A stretch of DNA of 55,963 nt, the filler included, from Sphacelaria rigidula (taxonomy: Eukaryota), in assembly GCA_964200075.2 (NCBI GenBank). It is 3 parts of 3 records of this genome, joined end to end, with 100 filler letters (N's around TTAATTAATTAA, not from the genome) between each part and the next. Parts side by side here need not be neighbours in the genome. Positions count along the whole stretch, not along the records: positions 18,691 to 37,277 come from CAXNAA020000830.1; positions 37,378 to 55,963 come from CAXNAA020000831.1; 1 more part is not named here. One strand, written 5' to 3'. Of the stretch, positions 34,072-47,300 are shown piece by piece; within the stretch, counting starts at the first letter, position 1; the number at the start of each line of letters is the position of its first letter. The position numbers and the translations under genes were made by a program. Under the pieces are notes generated by a model that was not told where the DNA came from, ran no database searches, and saw nothing but the letters and a program-made list of their open reading frames with translations.

Positions 34072-34366
34072 TGTGTTGTGTGTGTGTTGTCGTCTCATCT
34101 ATTCTGGGCGCCACTCTACACCTTTCGATACATGTGGGCGCATCAGCCGGGGTCACACAGGAGGAAGGTCAACACAGGAGCTTCTTTTGTTATTTGTTTT
34201 TAGTACCCCACCCTCCTTCTGCGGTGCTTGCCTTGAGTTTTTATCCCGAGAGGGGTTCAGCAGTCCCTCTCCCTCTCCCTCGTTCAACGTTGAGTCGAAT
34301 TTTGTGTACCCACACCTCAACCGGCAGAAGGTTTCGAGGTTACCAACTGAGCCACCGGGTGACCGG
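34072..34366 (-). mobile_element. tRNA-headed SINE copy with internal deletion
   Basis: The reverse strand begins ccggtcacccggtggctcagttggtaacctcgaaaccttc (same head as 12047) and ends in a CA-rich tail. Confidence 0.75.
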
Positions 34367-36765
34367 TACGCTGCGAGGACGATTATTATAATTTTCGGGT
34401 CGACCAACTTTTTCGGCCGCTCGGCCGCATTGTTGAAGCATCAGATGAAAAACAAGAACATTGCTTTTTACTAGATAAAACAGACGAGATTTCAACAAGG
34501 GAAAACGATAATCAAATCGCACACGTTCAAGGGGTCGCACAAACATGAGTTCCCAAACTTACGGAACAGAGGAAGTACATCCGAGACTGAGCTGCTTGTA
34601 TTTTTTCCACGTTCACCCGTACATTTTCGGTGGATTGCGTCTGTAAAAGGTGGCAAGGTTCATGGCATGCACCGCCTGACTTGATGTGGTAATCCGCTCC
34701 TGCCGTCCATTCCTTGCGTGACACCTGTTTTTGATACATTGCAAGGGACAACTACGAAGAGGAGATCGACGGCAAGCTGGAGAGTTGATGGGCCTTTTTG
34801 ATGATGTAATAAGCATGAGGGCAATCAGGATCAATGGGCCGGGAGTCGCCGAACAAATCTCGGCGCGTTGGGGACGTGCAAGGCCTGTGCACTGAAGGGA
34901 CCAATATTTTTCAGCCCCTCGCCCACCTTGAACTAGGCAGTCAGCAGGTGTCGGGAGTTGTACGAAGCCGGGTGCGTAAGCTCCTGGCCCCAAGCCCCTA
35001 CCTGATCGAAGGTGGACTATGGGTATTGTTCACTTTGTTCCAGAGACGAACGAGTGCTCATTTCGAACATAAGATTAAATAGAGGTAGATAAGCAAATGT
35101 GCATTTCGGTTTGCTCGTGCGATGAACGTGTATTTGTGTCGTCCCAGTATGTATTTCATTTTCTCATGAGTTCGCGAGACTGGTCACGTGCATGGTACTC
35201 TTACTTTTTCTTGATTTTTTTTCGGTTTGCTGGAGTGTTGGACTTGGGGCATCACGTTTCGTAGCACCGCCGATCCCAATGATGATGTGTATGGTAGTTT
35301 AGTGGGTAGTCAGTCTGTTCGCTCCTCTGTTCGGTACGTGAGCAGAATCAGCGGTATTCCTGTCGTTGTCGCCGGTCGTGTAGTGCTGGAAGCAGTCATT
35401 TCATATTTTTCTTGTATGGTCTGGCACGCATGTCGTTTTGTAATTCTTTTAGTCGACAGTGCTCGTCAGCTCTGCAGACCGTTTTTCAGTTGTCATCATG
35501 ATCGGCGTTCATTCGAATTAAACGCGAGTTGCATTGTAGGTTGCACACTCCTGTAAGATGGCGGAATTCAAAGTATCGAATACATGGGCATTAGATATCG
35601 CTGTGCAAGCTGTTTCTTCCGTGCTGCCGTGAACAACAGACGGTTCATCACGGCGTAGTGGCGTCGTGAAGTTCCTCGCACGCACGTATCTGGTTGCAGT
35701 TTCACGTGTCACCAGCGGAAAGTTGATTTCTCTTTAGGCGCTCGAAAAAGTATTGAGGAGTTAAGAAAATGGGTGTTTCGAAGTTTTGTTCCGAAGTATC
35801 GACTATGTTCCACTCGTTATTTTTTTCCATCATACGTACGATGTATAGCAGAAGTTGTCACGAAAAATGTCGAAAAATAAAATGTGTTCGCTGGCGAAAA
35901 TGCGAAAACGCCCCACATGAGCTACAGTTGAGGACAAGAACAGCCTGCAGTGGGGTATGATTCCCGTTTTCTTGCAACAAATACTTCTCGTCTCCTGAAA
36001 TAGTCTGAACTTTTTGTTAGTGCCGAAGCACACTATTTTACATGCTGACTTACAAAGAACACAAGCTCGAGGTTTCAAACCTTGAAACCTGGCCAAGTGC
36101 TGCTACTCCATGGTGATCACTTTTTGATGATATCAACCAAAACCTTCACATCCTCGGAAGTACAACGAACTTCGATTTTGAGGGTGGGCTCGAACCGCCC
36201 CTTCCACTGTCATGGCTACCAGCGCTGCGCGGAAGTTTTCGAACTGCACACAGTACATGAACATTCGTCCACAAATGAGGACAGTGTCCATGATTATATT
36301 TTGGCGTGAAATCGGGGAGGCATTTGCCGGTTGCTCTAATATATCATATCTTTAATTTGTGTCGGAGCCACGGTAGTGGCTCATGCAACCAGCGCATATT
36401 TTATCTGAGACATGGTTTATCGATTGATTCCAAGATGGTGGGCGTTGAAATGATCGGGTGGGATGTACACGATGGTCGAGATTGAAGGCGATGAGCTGCG
36501 TTATGAAACCTAGTTTCAGAGTAGTGCCATGTTGATCGATGTCGGATCAATTTCGCCTGTAATTGGCCGTGATATGACATGAGCCACACGATGTTGACAT
36601 CCTCTTTTTACTTGGGTGTCGTTGTATCGGGTATGCCGTAGTCGTGAGACCACTGCCCTCATATCCCACAAGGTCGGGACACAGCACGCCAGATTTTTGC
36701 CAGACCAGGTTTTTTTCCAGGGCGGCGGGGCATTCCAGCGATTGAAAAACATGTCTGTTCAAAAA

Positions 36766-36986
36766 GGTTCAAGGTCTAAACAGTGCTTTCCCCGAGCTTC
36801 CCCGACACTTGCAGTGACTGTGCCTAATGGATTTTGTGGGCCTTCTGTTCCTGTCCCCAGGGTAAAACGAGGAATCGCTCAGCGCTGTTAGATTGCAGTC
36901 GGTAGAACACAATACGTGGGCCGACAAACAGGTAATGAAGCGCAGTCACCTAAAGTGTGGGGAAAGCACTGCTTTGAGCTTGAATC
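36766..36986. repeat. Imperfect inverted repeat (decayed MITE or foldback)
   Basis: ggttcaaggtctaaacagtgctttcccc...gtgactgtgc pairs with gcgcagtcac...ggggaaagcactgctttgagcttgaatc. Confidence 0.6.
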
Positions 36987-37277
36987 TCATGTTGTTGTGG
37001 ATTTTTTTTCAAGTCACCAACCGAGAGTGATGACGTTTGAGCCCTTCATTGAGGATGGGGATGCCCCGGAACGGTTCGCGGACAATTGAAGGCGCTACCT
37101 CACCCAAGTCGCCCCAAAAGTGCTCTTTTGTGTGATTTTTTCATGTGAAAAAAAAGAACCCTTCAACCGCAGGAGGCGGGGGGGGGGGGGGGGGGGGGGT
37201 TTAAAAGGCGGTTTTTTTTTTTACCATTGGCAAACAGGGGGTGCGGGAGGCCAAAAACACCCGCCGGCGCGCGAGTT

Positions 37278-37377
37278 NNNNNNNNNNNNNNNNNNNNNNN
37301 NNNNNNNNNNNNNNNNNNNNNTTAATTAATTAANNNNNNNNNNNNNNNNNNNNNNNNNNNNNNNNNNNNNNNNNNNN
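37278..37377. other. Scaffold gap with artificial linker
   Basis: 44 N + TTAATTAATTAA + 44 N, identical in layout to 18591-18690. Confidence 0.95.
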
Positions 37378-37489
37378 CACTTTTTTTAGTCAATTATGCC
37401 TTAGAGAGCGCCCACACAAAATTTCAATACACGAAAACCAAACGTGGGCCGGTGAGTGGCCTGCGACATACTGTTCCGAATTTCTACCG

Positions 37490-37815
37490 ACCCGGTTTTT
37501 GATAGGCCCATGCTCTTTTATATATTCAGAGTTGGACCCTGGAATTTGGTATGGACGATGAATAGGGCATGAAAAAAAATTAACTCGGTACCAAAAGTTT
37601 TTTTTTTCCATGATTTAAGGGCAATAATCAGCTTTCAGCTTTCAGGTATCAGTAAAATTCTCCTAACTCATGAAAAAAAAAAGCTTTTGGTGCCGAAGTT
37701 ATTTTTTCTTTCATGCCCTAGTTGTTGTCGATACCAAATTTCAGGGTCCAGCTCCAAATGTATAAAAGAGCATAGGCCTGCAAACTTCAAATCCGCCTCT
37801 AGGCTGGCCCAGCTC
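37490..37815. mobile_element. About 290-bp hairpin element with conserved 3' flank (copy 2)
   Basis: Same left junction (ccggtttttga), loop (agggcaataatca...ttcaggtatc) and 3' flank (caaacttcaaatccgcctctaggctggcccagctc) as 18772-19097. Confidence 0.85.
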
Positions 37816-39301
37816 GTAAACAAAGACAAGCAGGGTTTCGTGCCCTGATGTAAACCAGCAAGTCGTACAACTCTACGGGTATGACCCTTCCAAAACACCG
37901 AAAACACACAATCCGTGTGCAATGCGAGAGGTTGTGGAAAACGCGCCCTTGGTTTCTGTGCTGGTAAATACGATCCTCATCGCTCGGGGACGCAACTGCT
38001 GTATCAAGTAGCAAACGCTAGTGCGGTGGGTCGCTGTACGCGTGCTTGTTGGTTGCAGGAATGATGTCTCACCAATATTTCCGCACATGAACCACGAAGT
38101 CAGCTCTCGATGCCACAAGTTCCCACTTGGGCTTGTGGGTTTTCACGTGCAACGAGCTCTTGTAGCCAGGGCTATATAGCTCTCCGCGAGGTACAATAAT
38201 CTGTTTACTGAGATGTAAATGCCGGACATGAACGCAAAAGCGATGAAAACCGCCACTAACCATTGGACTGAAGATAGCCAACCCCCAGCGTATGCGGAGT
38301 GCAACGCAGACTTCGTGCAGACTATCTACAGCACAACAGGCGCGGCGCGGCATAGAGAACGTACAGTACAGTGGTGACGTGCTGCCGCTGCCGCGGCGGT
38401 GACAGCTAGTACACTGACAGAAAATACACAGTTTCATGTGCTTTCTAGAGCTGTCGCAGATACCGTGCTAGCACCCCGGTTTGCGGAGGAATCATATATC
38501 AGAAGGAATTGAAACCCTGGAAGGGATGCCACCCTTCGCAGCACGTACTTTTGGTGCTCACTCATGCCGACAAGATATGCCCAAATCACCCTGAACTCTT
38601 GGCTTGTGTACTGGTACACATAATTCTTTATGGGCAGCTTGGAGGTAGCATCCGCTCCACCTTTATGGAAAGGACCGACGCGACGATGATACTGTAGTGT
38701 TCCCTCTGCAATAAAACGACATAGTACCAATAAACGAATTGTTGAAGCCTATGAGTCTGAACGCCGGTTAAATGTTGGATGCCTATTGATATAGTGTAAA
38801 ATAAGCTATACCACTCGTATAAAACATGCCACAGCAATATGTGGAGTTGACTTAACCTTCCGGGGGCGGCCATGATCCCGGGGCCTTCGAGGCTTGTCGT
38901 TTGCGCTAGGATTCCGAGCTTCCCTTTTCCAAATGCGCCTTACAGGTGTGGAGTGATAATTTTTCATACTTTTCAAGGCTTGAGTTACTATTGTAGCAGA
39001 GTTCTGCAACGTATGTGACGCAAAAATCTAGCATCAAAGGCGTCGGCACGACTCTTTTTTTTCTATAGAACCTCGCTACTTTGTTGCCGCAAGTTTACCG
39101 CTATAGGTGCGAGGGTGACATACGGAGCTCAAGGCTCCGCCGCGCGGTACGGTATCACGTGAAATACCCTCGTGTGTGGGGGCCCGCTCCAAAGGAGTGA
39201 GCGTCTCGTCAACCGGTGTCTTGCCACTTTTATGCGTTTCCATGAACCTGAACCAACCGGTGAAAACGGTGCTTACAAACACGAATGAAACGCACATGCA
39301 G

Positions 39302-40334
39302 GTGCGACCAATCGGAGAAGGTTTCGAGCTGGCAAGTCTTCATGTGGAAGAGTCACACCGAGGGCGAGGCATCGGGAGCGCGCTGGTACGCCACCTATTG
39401 TCCGATTTTGCGGGGAAGCATGGCTCTGAGAAGGTTTGTACTACGGTACGCTTGATGTACGCTGCTTTATTCTGTCGAAGAATTGCAATAGACCCATACT
39501 TAACCCGGTACATTTTTTCATCTGTTGACCATATTTAGTCCAGGGTGTGGAACTGATACAGTAAAATTCGACGTAACGGTCGACGAGGGAAAGAGACTGC
39601 TGCACCCCTCTCGCGATAAAAAATAAAGGGAAGCGCCGCAGAAGGAAGGTGGAAACGTAAAAATAAAAAAAGAAACAACGCCTGTGTTGACCCCGACTGG
39701 TGCGCCCACATATATCGAAAGGTGTAGTCCAGCGTCCAGGATAGATGGGACAACACACACACATTTGAGCAACACATACCTGCCAAGGGTAAAAAAAATC
39801 TCCGGTACTATACTAAATGGTATGTCCGCCATGAGTATCAAGAGGAGTGTTGTAGTCGTCAGCCAGGAATGTGCTTTTTGATGGAATGTTTGCGACTACA
39901 TACATTCCAAGTATCGTCGCCGACACTGCCGTAAGTGATCCTTTACCATCGGGGTTCCCCCTGTTGACTGGTATACCCGAAACCGTGCTCGGTGGAGACT
40001 TCTTCGGCAGTTTCATATTTCGCCGCTGGGTGGATGTGCTTCTGCCACGGGTCCACGTATTTACCTGGCTGGGAATGTGATCCGATTTAACCCACAAACA
40101 ACACCGACCCTCTTGCTCTGCTTTTGGTGTCAACTCATGTTGAAGCTGGAGCAACTTTTCCTGCTTACGCTGGCTGATACGACGCGGTTCTACGAGAGGT
40201 TGGGGTTCGAGGTTGTACCCGCAACAGAGGTCCCGGCCGTGCTAAAGGCGGAAAAGGCGGCGGGCTCCTTACTACAGTCGTTTTTGGGCAGATCTGTCGT
40301 CGTCTGCATGCGGGCAACAACAATGCCTCCGTAG
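39302..40334 (+). CDS. GNAT-family N-acetyltransferase, 3' two exons
   Basis: Exon 39302-39433 (ELASLHVEESHRGRGIGSALVRHLL, acetyl-CoA-binding motif A) and exon 40146-40334 (LFLLTLADTTRFYERLGFE, motif B, then stop). Upstream exons not identified. Confidence 0.85.
39563..39762 (+). mobile_element. SINE, 5'-truncated copy (GNAT intron)
   Basis: ggtcgacgagggaaagagactgctgcacccctctcgcgataaaaa ... cctgtgttgacc ... CA tail. Confidence 0.75.
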
Positions 40335-41334
40335 TGCATTCATCCAAACCCGAGTTTGTTATTTCCGTCTACGTTCTTGGCTTCGTTTTCGTTGAGTGCT
40401 GATTTCTTGTCCGTGGGGAGTGCGAACACAATTTTTTAGAGGATCAGGTGCAGGGATGCTGACGCAGTCGGTTTCAAAGGTTGCCACCCCAAATACTGCA
40501 AATACTGCCTTGTCGTCAACCTGGGCAAGCATGCCGTATTTAGGTAGGACACGTCAAGTAGCGCTCTTGTGTTATCGTGACTTTCATTGCTTCAAGCCTT
40601 TTCAGGGTAGGACTATACGTGGAGATTATAACAAGCAAAAACAGTGGTGGAGAAGAGCCTTGTCTATCATGTACGATCGGATAGCAGCAGCTTGTCAGTA
40701 CAAGAAATCAGATTCATTTCTGTCCTTTGCACGCACTATGAAGCACGTGCCACTTGTGCGTTCCATTTCAACCATTTACATCACTTCATTACAACCACAC
40801 ATTACATGACGGATCCAACTGTCCGTCGAAAAAAACAAGTACTCTTCTCTGCAGCACGCTTTTTTTTTTAAACTGAAAATACCAAAACACCCGTAGAACT
40901 ACCTCCAATTCTGCTACACACTGTACACCAACATTCACAGAACAAAAACAACACTATCATCACCAATCGCCGTCCAATGTCAGCTCTCTAACCTTACATT
41001 TACTACTGTCAACAGGAATGGATGCAATGGTTTCAAAACTATGCACAAAAAGGCGAAATAGGAAGATTTGGTAAAGACAACCGATGGTGTGGTGGGGCGC
41101 ATTCAGCGTGAAGCGACAGTCCAAGTCACAAGGCGCTTTACACCTTCCAAGCTTATTGCAGAACCCTGACGAAATACACCAAAATGTTCATCTTCCTACA
41201 TAGTGCGATGGAGAACGGCCAAACGGACGGGACAGCGCACGGTTACACACCATCCCAGCTGGCGCGGTTTTGGGCGCCCATTTTCAGTGTAAAGTTCACG
41301 GGATGCCCTTGTTACAAGAAACTCATGAGCCGGT

Positions 41335-44300
41335 TCAACAGGCGGTTGTTGCCTGCTGAATGGCCGCTTGCTGTGCTTGTGTCAACGTTCCCCATGCCTT
41401 CTCCATCATCGGTGCGGGTACTGATGTCTGAGAGCATGGTTCCGTGCAAAAGACGAGATGGCACCGTAGAGAAGTGGGAAACGTTTCGTTAAAATTGAGT
41501 GGCGTCAGCTTGCAACATGCCCGTCTACCTTCTCCAGGCTCGCGTTCCATGTGTGGTTGTTTTCGAAGGCAAACAGGAGAATAATCTCAGAGTGGGTCAC
41601 CAACAAGGAGGGTCGAGTGCGATAACGCAAATTACACCGCGATTGCGGATGTGGAAAGTGCCAGAGCCAGGGTGATAATTCTTCAACGACCATCTACAGC
41701 ATGCAAAATATGACGTGAAAGTGGTGGTGCAGGAGCAAACGACCGAATGCATCGGGCATTGCCTTAACTCAATATCCGTGATAAGGAACAGATACAAACC
41801 TGTTCCTCACTGTTACCTGCATGTTCTTCAAAAGACGTCCCATACGCCGAGCAGTGGGCCCATCAACGATTGTCTGCTCCTCCGTCTTCTGTACGAAGGT
41901 CTCCAGAATTTGACCCAGTACACTCACCACCGTAGGCACCTACAATTGGACACGACACAAGCAACGCCGAGGTGGCCGTTCGTATTCAATTACAAAATGA
42001 AGAGTGGATCATCTAAAAAAAACAAAACCAGGACCGGGGAGTGGGGCAGCGGTTCAAGGATTATGGATCAGCCCTCTCACGCTCCAGTTCATTCATCACG
42101 CTAGGAACCTGGCTGCTGGGAAAATAATGTTCAAATCAAGTCAAAACGTTTTGAAAACACTCTCGTGACAAAAAAAACATGATGGTATCACCACACCAGA
42201 TGGGCTGGGAGTGTTTTTTCGCGACCCAATAACGTATTTCCAGAAAGTTACACAAGAGTTGCACATACTGTACCTGTCGCAGTAAAATGACTGAAAACGA
42301 ACACCCGGTATCCTCGGGATGCGATGCAAGTAGGGAGACTTTACCCGGTGTAACCCGTGAGCCGTACACGACACCCGGCGGCACCGGTTAGACATGGCAA
42401 AGACTTGAAAAATAAATTGGGGGTGGTATCTGCCGTCCTAGTACGTACCTGTGCTAAGTCTTTGCCCCACACCAATGGGTCCTGTTGCTCCAAAAGATCA
42501 CACAACGTCCTGTGAACTGCTCGAGCTTCGGTCTCGTCCTGTGCATCAAAACAGCAAGTCAAATACGCATGAAAAAAAACTTTTGCAGAAATGAAGGGCG
42601 AAACAAATTCTCAACACCCTGCAACTTCGCCAAACGCAGGCAGGTACAGACACGAGACATATATTTTTGGGTGCACGAACGTAGGGCTGTCTACTTGGGC
42701 AGTGAGATGTTGCCTTCGACTCCATGGTGATACGTAGTCCTTCAAGAAAAAAACGAGGGTGTACCTTCTTGAGAGGCAGATTGGAGAGCCACAGAGGGAG
42801 TAGCTGTGATCTGTCGACAGCAGAGGAAAGCGCGGGCGAGACGCAAAGTGTTCCGATGGCAGCCACCGCGTTTTCTGTGACAAAAGCAGTGTCCTCGTCC
42901 TGCGCCTCTGGTCGTACAACCAAGGCGACCAGGTGTTGCAAAACCTATTGCGTTGCAGTTCAGGATAAACAAGCGAGTCGCAGGAGGAAGCAAACGTCGC
43001 GAAGAACCATGTGGGTGACGATTCAGCCAACATCAACACCAAAACTGAACATGACATACCGGGTACACTCTTGTCACATAGTCGATAGAGTAGCGGCGGT
43101 GGAAACTGCTGTGACTATGTGCAATACATCTACACACCGAGACACTATCGACATTTTCCGCTCGCTTTTATTTTAGCCTCTCAGCGGAGGCTTCCGAGAA
43201 TCAACACAAAAACCCCCTTCAATCTACAACAACAGCAACCCAGTCATTACGCCCATGACCAACTCGGTATATTGGAAACAAGAAAATGGTATTAAAAGTG
43301 CACCATTCTTAGTATGCCCCAACACGGTGCAGTGGGCGTGCCATCGAGTGGGGAAAAACTAACAGCACCAATGATCACAATAAATCTGTAGTTGTGAAGA
43401 AAACACGAAGTATATACGGCACACGGCAACGTGTCACATCCCATTACCTCGGCACACTTGGGCAAGAAGAACGCCGGGGCGTGTTTCGCAGTTTGCTGCA
43501 CTCCATACACCGAAGCCATCTGCAGCATGGGGCTTGCGTCCTGCACACCAAAAAAGCCAACGAATAGATCCCGTGACAGATGGCCGAGGTTCGCTCAGCT
43601 ACAGCCGTGTGATATTGAAAGAAAAGTAGAGATATTCCCACAACTGCAATTGGATGTAGTCGGGTGCAAACTGTCGTCACCCACACGTATGTCAGCACCT
43701 CAGGCTCATGCTCGCCGAAATAAGGCGGAGAGCATGACTCCGTCAATGGGACGTACACAAACACAAGCTTTGTCGTATCCTGGGCTTTTTAATGCTTTCG
43801 AAACCATCATCCGGTAGTACGGTTGTGCAAAAAGAGGATGCTGTCTCCTGCTCACGTTTTGACTCACTCCCGTGACACCAACATTAAATCAATGGAATGG
43901 CATCGAAGTCGATCTCCTCACCTCTGTCATACCCGCCACGAATGCCGGGAAACATGCCGGCAGGTACTTTTGCGCTCCCTCACCGCAGTGCTCCACAACG
44001 TCGTCGAATACACATACGGCGTTCCATCTGCTCGCCGGTTATGAGGGCAGGGGCGCGTATGGGGGGGGGGGGGGGATTCATTTGTTGCTCGTCTTACTCG
44101 TTTGACCAACAGCAGGGGGTGAATACACCAAGCACGCCAACACAAAGAGAGGAACAGTACACAAGCCTCTGTCTCTTCAGAGGGATGGAACTACTGCCTT
44201 CAAAGTCAGCACTGGTCGCTTCCCCAAGTTACTGCCCAACATCACTGCATACCATCCCTGCTGCATGCTACAATCCGTTTCTCTGTGCGGTAGCTGCCCA

Positions 44301-47300
44301 CTAGGTCCGTCGAAATGTTACATGCAGTCGACGCCAAAAACCAAGTCACTCTCTGTCGCCCTTGACGAGACTGACTGGCGATTAGTGACCCACGCGCACG
44401 CTCTGTTCTATTCTACTCGTTTCCCGTTCTCGTGATACGGCGCTCGACAGGACATTAGAAAAGCACTCAAGTCCTCGGTTTTTTCGCTCACCTCAAAGTT
44501 AGTGGTTGAGACGCTTCCAGAAGGGGTCCGAAGACAGGGGCGGTTACGGTGTCGAATATATTCAGGTACGCCGGGCCGTGGCTCTTGAGCAGGTACCCCA
44601 GCGAGTCGACCAAATGCTCCATGAGCTCCTGCACACATGCACATGGAACAGGACCCCAGATTCAGCAATTGTACTACATGCGTCACGAGCAATGATAGGT
44701 ACAGAAATGCTTTACCCTAGATGAATATTTTGGTTACAAATCTCTGCAGGCAACGACAGTTCAGCGATGGTCAATTACACAGTGTTCGACGCTCAAGTAA
44801 GAATGCATGTGCTCCCAAACGAAGCTTCTCCGACGGCCACGATTTTTAGCCAAAAGCATGTAGACTGTACCTGCGGGGCACTTGGAATGGTTCCGTTTGT
44901 ATCGGACAAAGGCTATTTTTGATGTATTCATCTCTCGACTTCCATTTTCAAGGGCATGCTCCCTACTGCAATTACTCACCTCCTCCGACGCAAGCTCTTC
45001 CTCCAGCAATTCCGCATCCTCTTCGTCAAACGTGTCCTCGCCCTGGAACTCCGCCTCCTTGTCTGTGCGCCTTTTCAAGCTGTCGCTCGCCCGCGCCACC
45101 AGCTGCTTCGAGATTTCGCCCGCCCCCTTCGCAGGTACCTGTCCATCCAACGTTCCATCTGTTAAAAGTATGTCTCGGAATACGCTCAACGTCGATGAAT
45201 CCCATGTACCATGCCTCGACCACGGGACGAGACGTCAGGCACCGAAATGATGACGTGAAGTATACACATCTTTTTCGCCGGGTGCTTCACGTAAAAATTT
45301 GTTTTCCTTCTCCGAGACAACGGACTAACATCCAGCACCAGCACCAACACATAATCTGTCTTCCGAGACTAGCTACGGCAAGGTCAAGTTGCAATTTCTT
45401 TGTGAAAAACATCTTTGAACTTCAAATGGTCGAACAAGCTGCCGTCTCTTTTCAAAGACGAACCCCGACTTGCACGGACTGCACTACATCCTCAGGCCTT
45501 AATGGATGTCCAATTGGCTCACCTGCACTGTTGGAGTACGCTGTACTCCCGTGGATTCGTCGATTCCACCGCTTTCGTAGCAAGCACACAGGATATCTCG
45601 CAGGGCGCTGGACATGCATGTGCGTGACTGATGGAGCCGAAACAGTAGCGAGGGGCCAAATGGAGGGTATTCGGGACGGGCTCACATTAAGAAAAAATCG
45701 AAAGTAACAAGACGGAACAGCGATGAATTAAGGTCGTGTCGGGGTTGAAGCACCTACATGATTGACAAGCAAAGACACGATACGGAAAAGGCGTTCCACC
45801 GAAAGGGTTGGTACGTACGCGTGACTGACCACATGCACCGGACTGCACTACTGTATCTCCACACCCCAAGTGCGCAAAACTGACACATGTCGGCACAACA
45901 CGAAGCAGAACAAAGCACAAAGCACAAAGCACAAAGCACAAGTGTAAACACTACACTACAGTATCGAAACCACAAAGACACACCTCATCTTGCGACTCCC
46001 CCTGCAATCCTTGCAACAGCATGGAAAGACAAGGTTCGAGTAGTTGCGTGGCCATAGACACGTCCGCCTTGAGCGCGCTGGTGTACACCGCAGCGAGCGC
46101 CAATGCAGCGGACGACCGCACCTGACTCGTCCGTAATATAAGGTGGAAGGTGGGGGACAAAACAAGAGCAAGTCATAAATATTTTTCAACACCCACCCGG
46201 GAATGACTCCCTGTCACCAGCGGTATTGCTTGAGAATCCCGACCCTCGTGGCAAATAAACAGGGCCGAGAAATGCAATGGCAGCAACAGTGATGAAAACG
46301 ACAAGAAAAAACGACCATGTACAATGTCATCACTCAGAATCCAGGAACATTCTCCAGCTATTTTACCCAAATATTCCCCGAGACTCGGATGTTGAAGAAC
46401 TAACTCACCTCCTCGTTGAAGCGGAAAGTGACCGCGGGCAGCAAGGCCGAAACGGCGGCGGGCACGTGTGCTAGAAAGCCTCCTTCCAACGCGCCGGCGT
46501 ATTCGAACAGTAGCCTGCACGCGATTGACAATGTAAGCATATTGCGTACGGTAGCATGCGTTGTCACGTGAGATGTGCGTCTTGTGGAAAGAATGAGGGA
46601 AATCAATAAAATCAGTCTAAACGTTCGGGTGAACCGAAACACGCGGGGAAAAAATAAAGTACCTGGCAGCAGTTTGCTTGCTGGCAATGGCGAAAGTGCT
46701 GAGCGTGACACGCTGCGCGCCGAGTCCTCGGATGTTGAGGACAGCTGTCTGTGTACCCGTCTGTTCGTCTGTTTGGCATTCCTGCTGCAAGCAAGGAACA
46801 TGAGAACAACCGGCATGAAAAAGACGAGAGATGTCGTGGGTTTCATTGCGATCATATCGCGGCCGTGGTTGCCATGGTTGTGATATGGTCATACTCTTCT
46901 TTTTTCCTTCAAGGAAGGAGGAAACCTGACCGAATACATACTCCGCAAGCGGGTTCGTGTGCCGATCGATTACCCGGAGGCTCGGCCACTGCCTTTTACA
47001 GGTCATGTAGGATCGGCACCTCGAGCGTTTGCAAGCTTGGCTCGAGGCAGTGTGGAGGTCGGACTCACTAAAACCCTTCATCAATTTGGCGCATTGCACG
47101 CTCCGCCGTACTTTCAAGAGCTTCCGCTATAGGCATAGTTTTGTGATGTGGCAGGGAAACGCTATTGCGAACTGCGTCGTATCTCGTGGGGTGGGGATGA
47201 AATATTTGCCCGTGTCTTCACTATGGAAGCAGTCAGTTTTGGATTTCCGAGTGTATTCTCTTGGCTTCTGGCCACGTAGAACGTTTAGCAGGTCAGCACC

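Noticed and set aside
44919..45707. 262-aa plus-strand ORF and similar long ORFs over the importin gene
   Set aside because: Antisense to real exons and introns, with no recognisable protein features.
45905..45942. (CAAAGCA)n repeat and other microsatellites (about 51021-51050, about 52507-52542)
   Set aside because: Ordinary intronic simple repeats.
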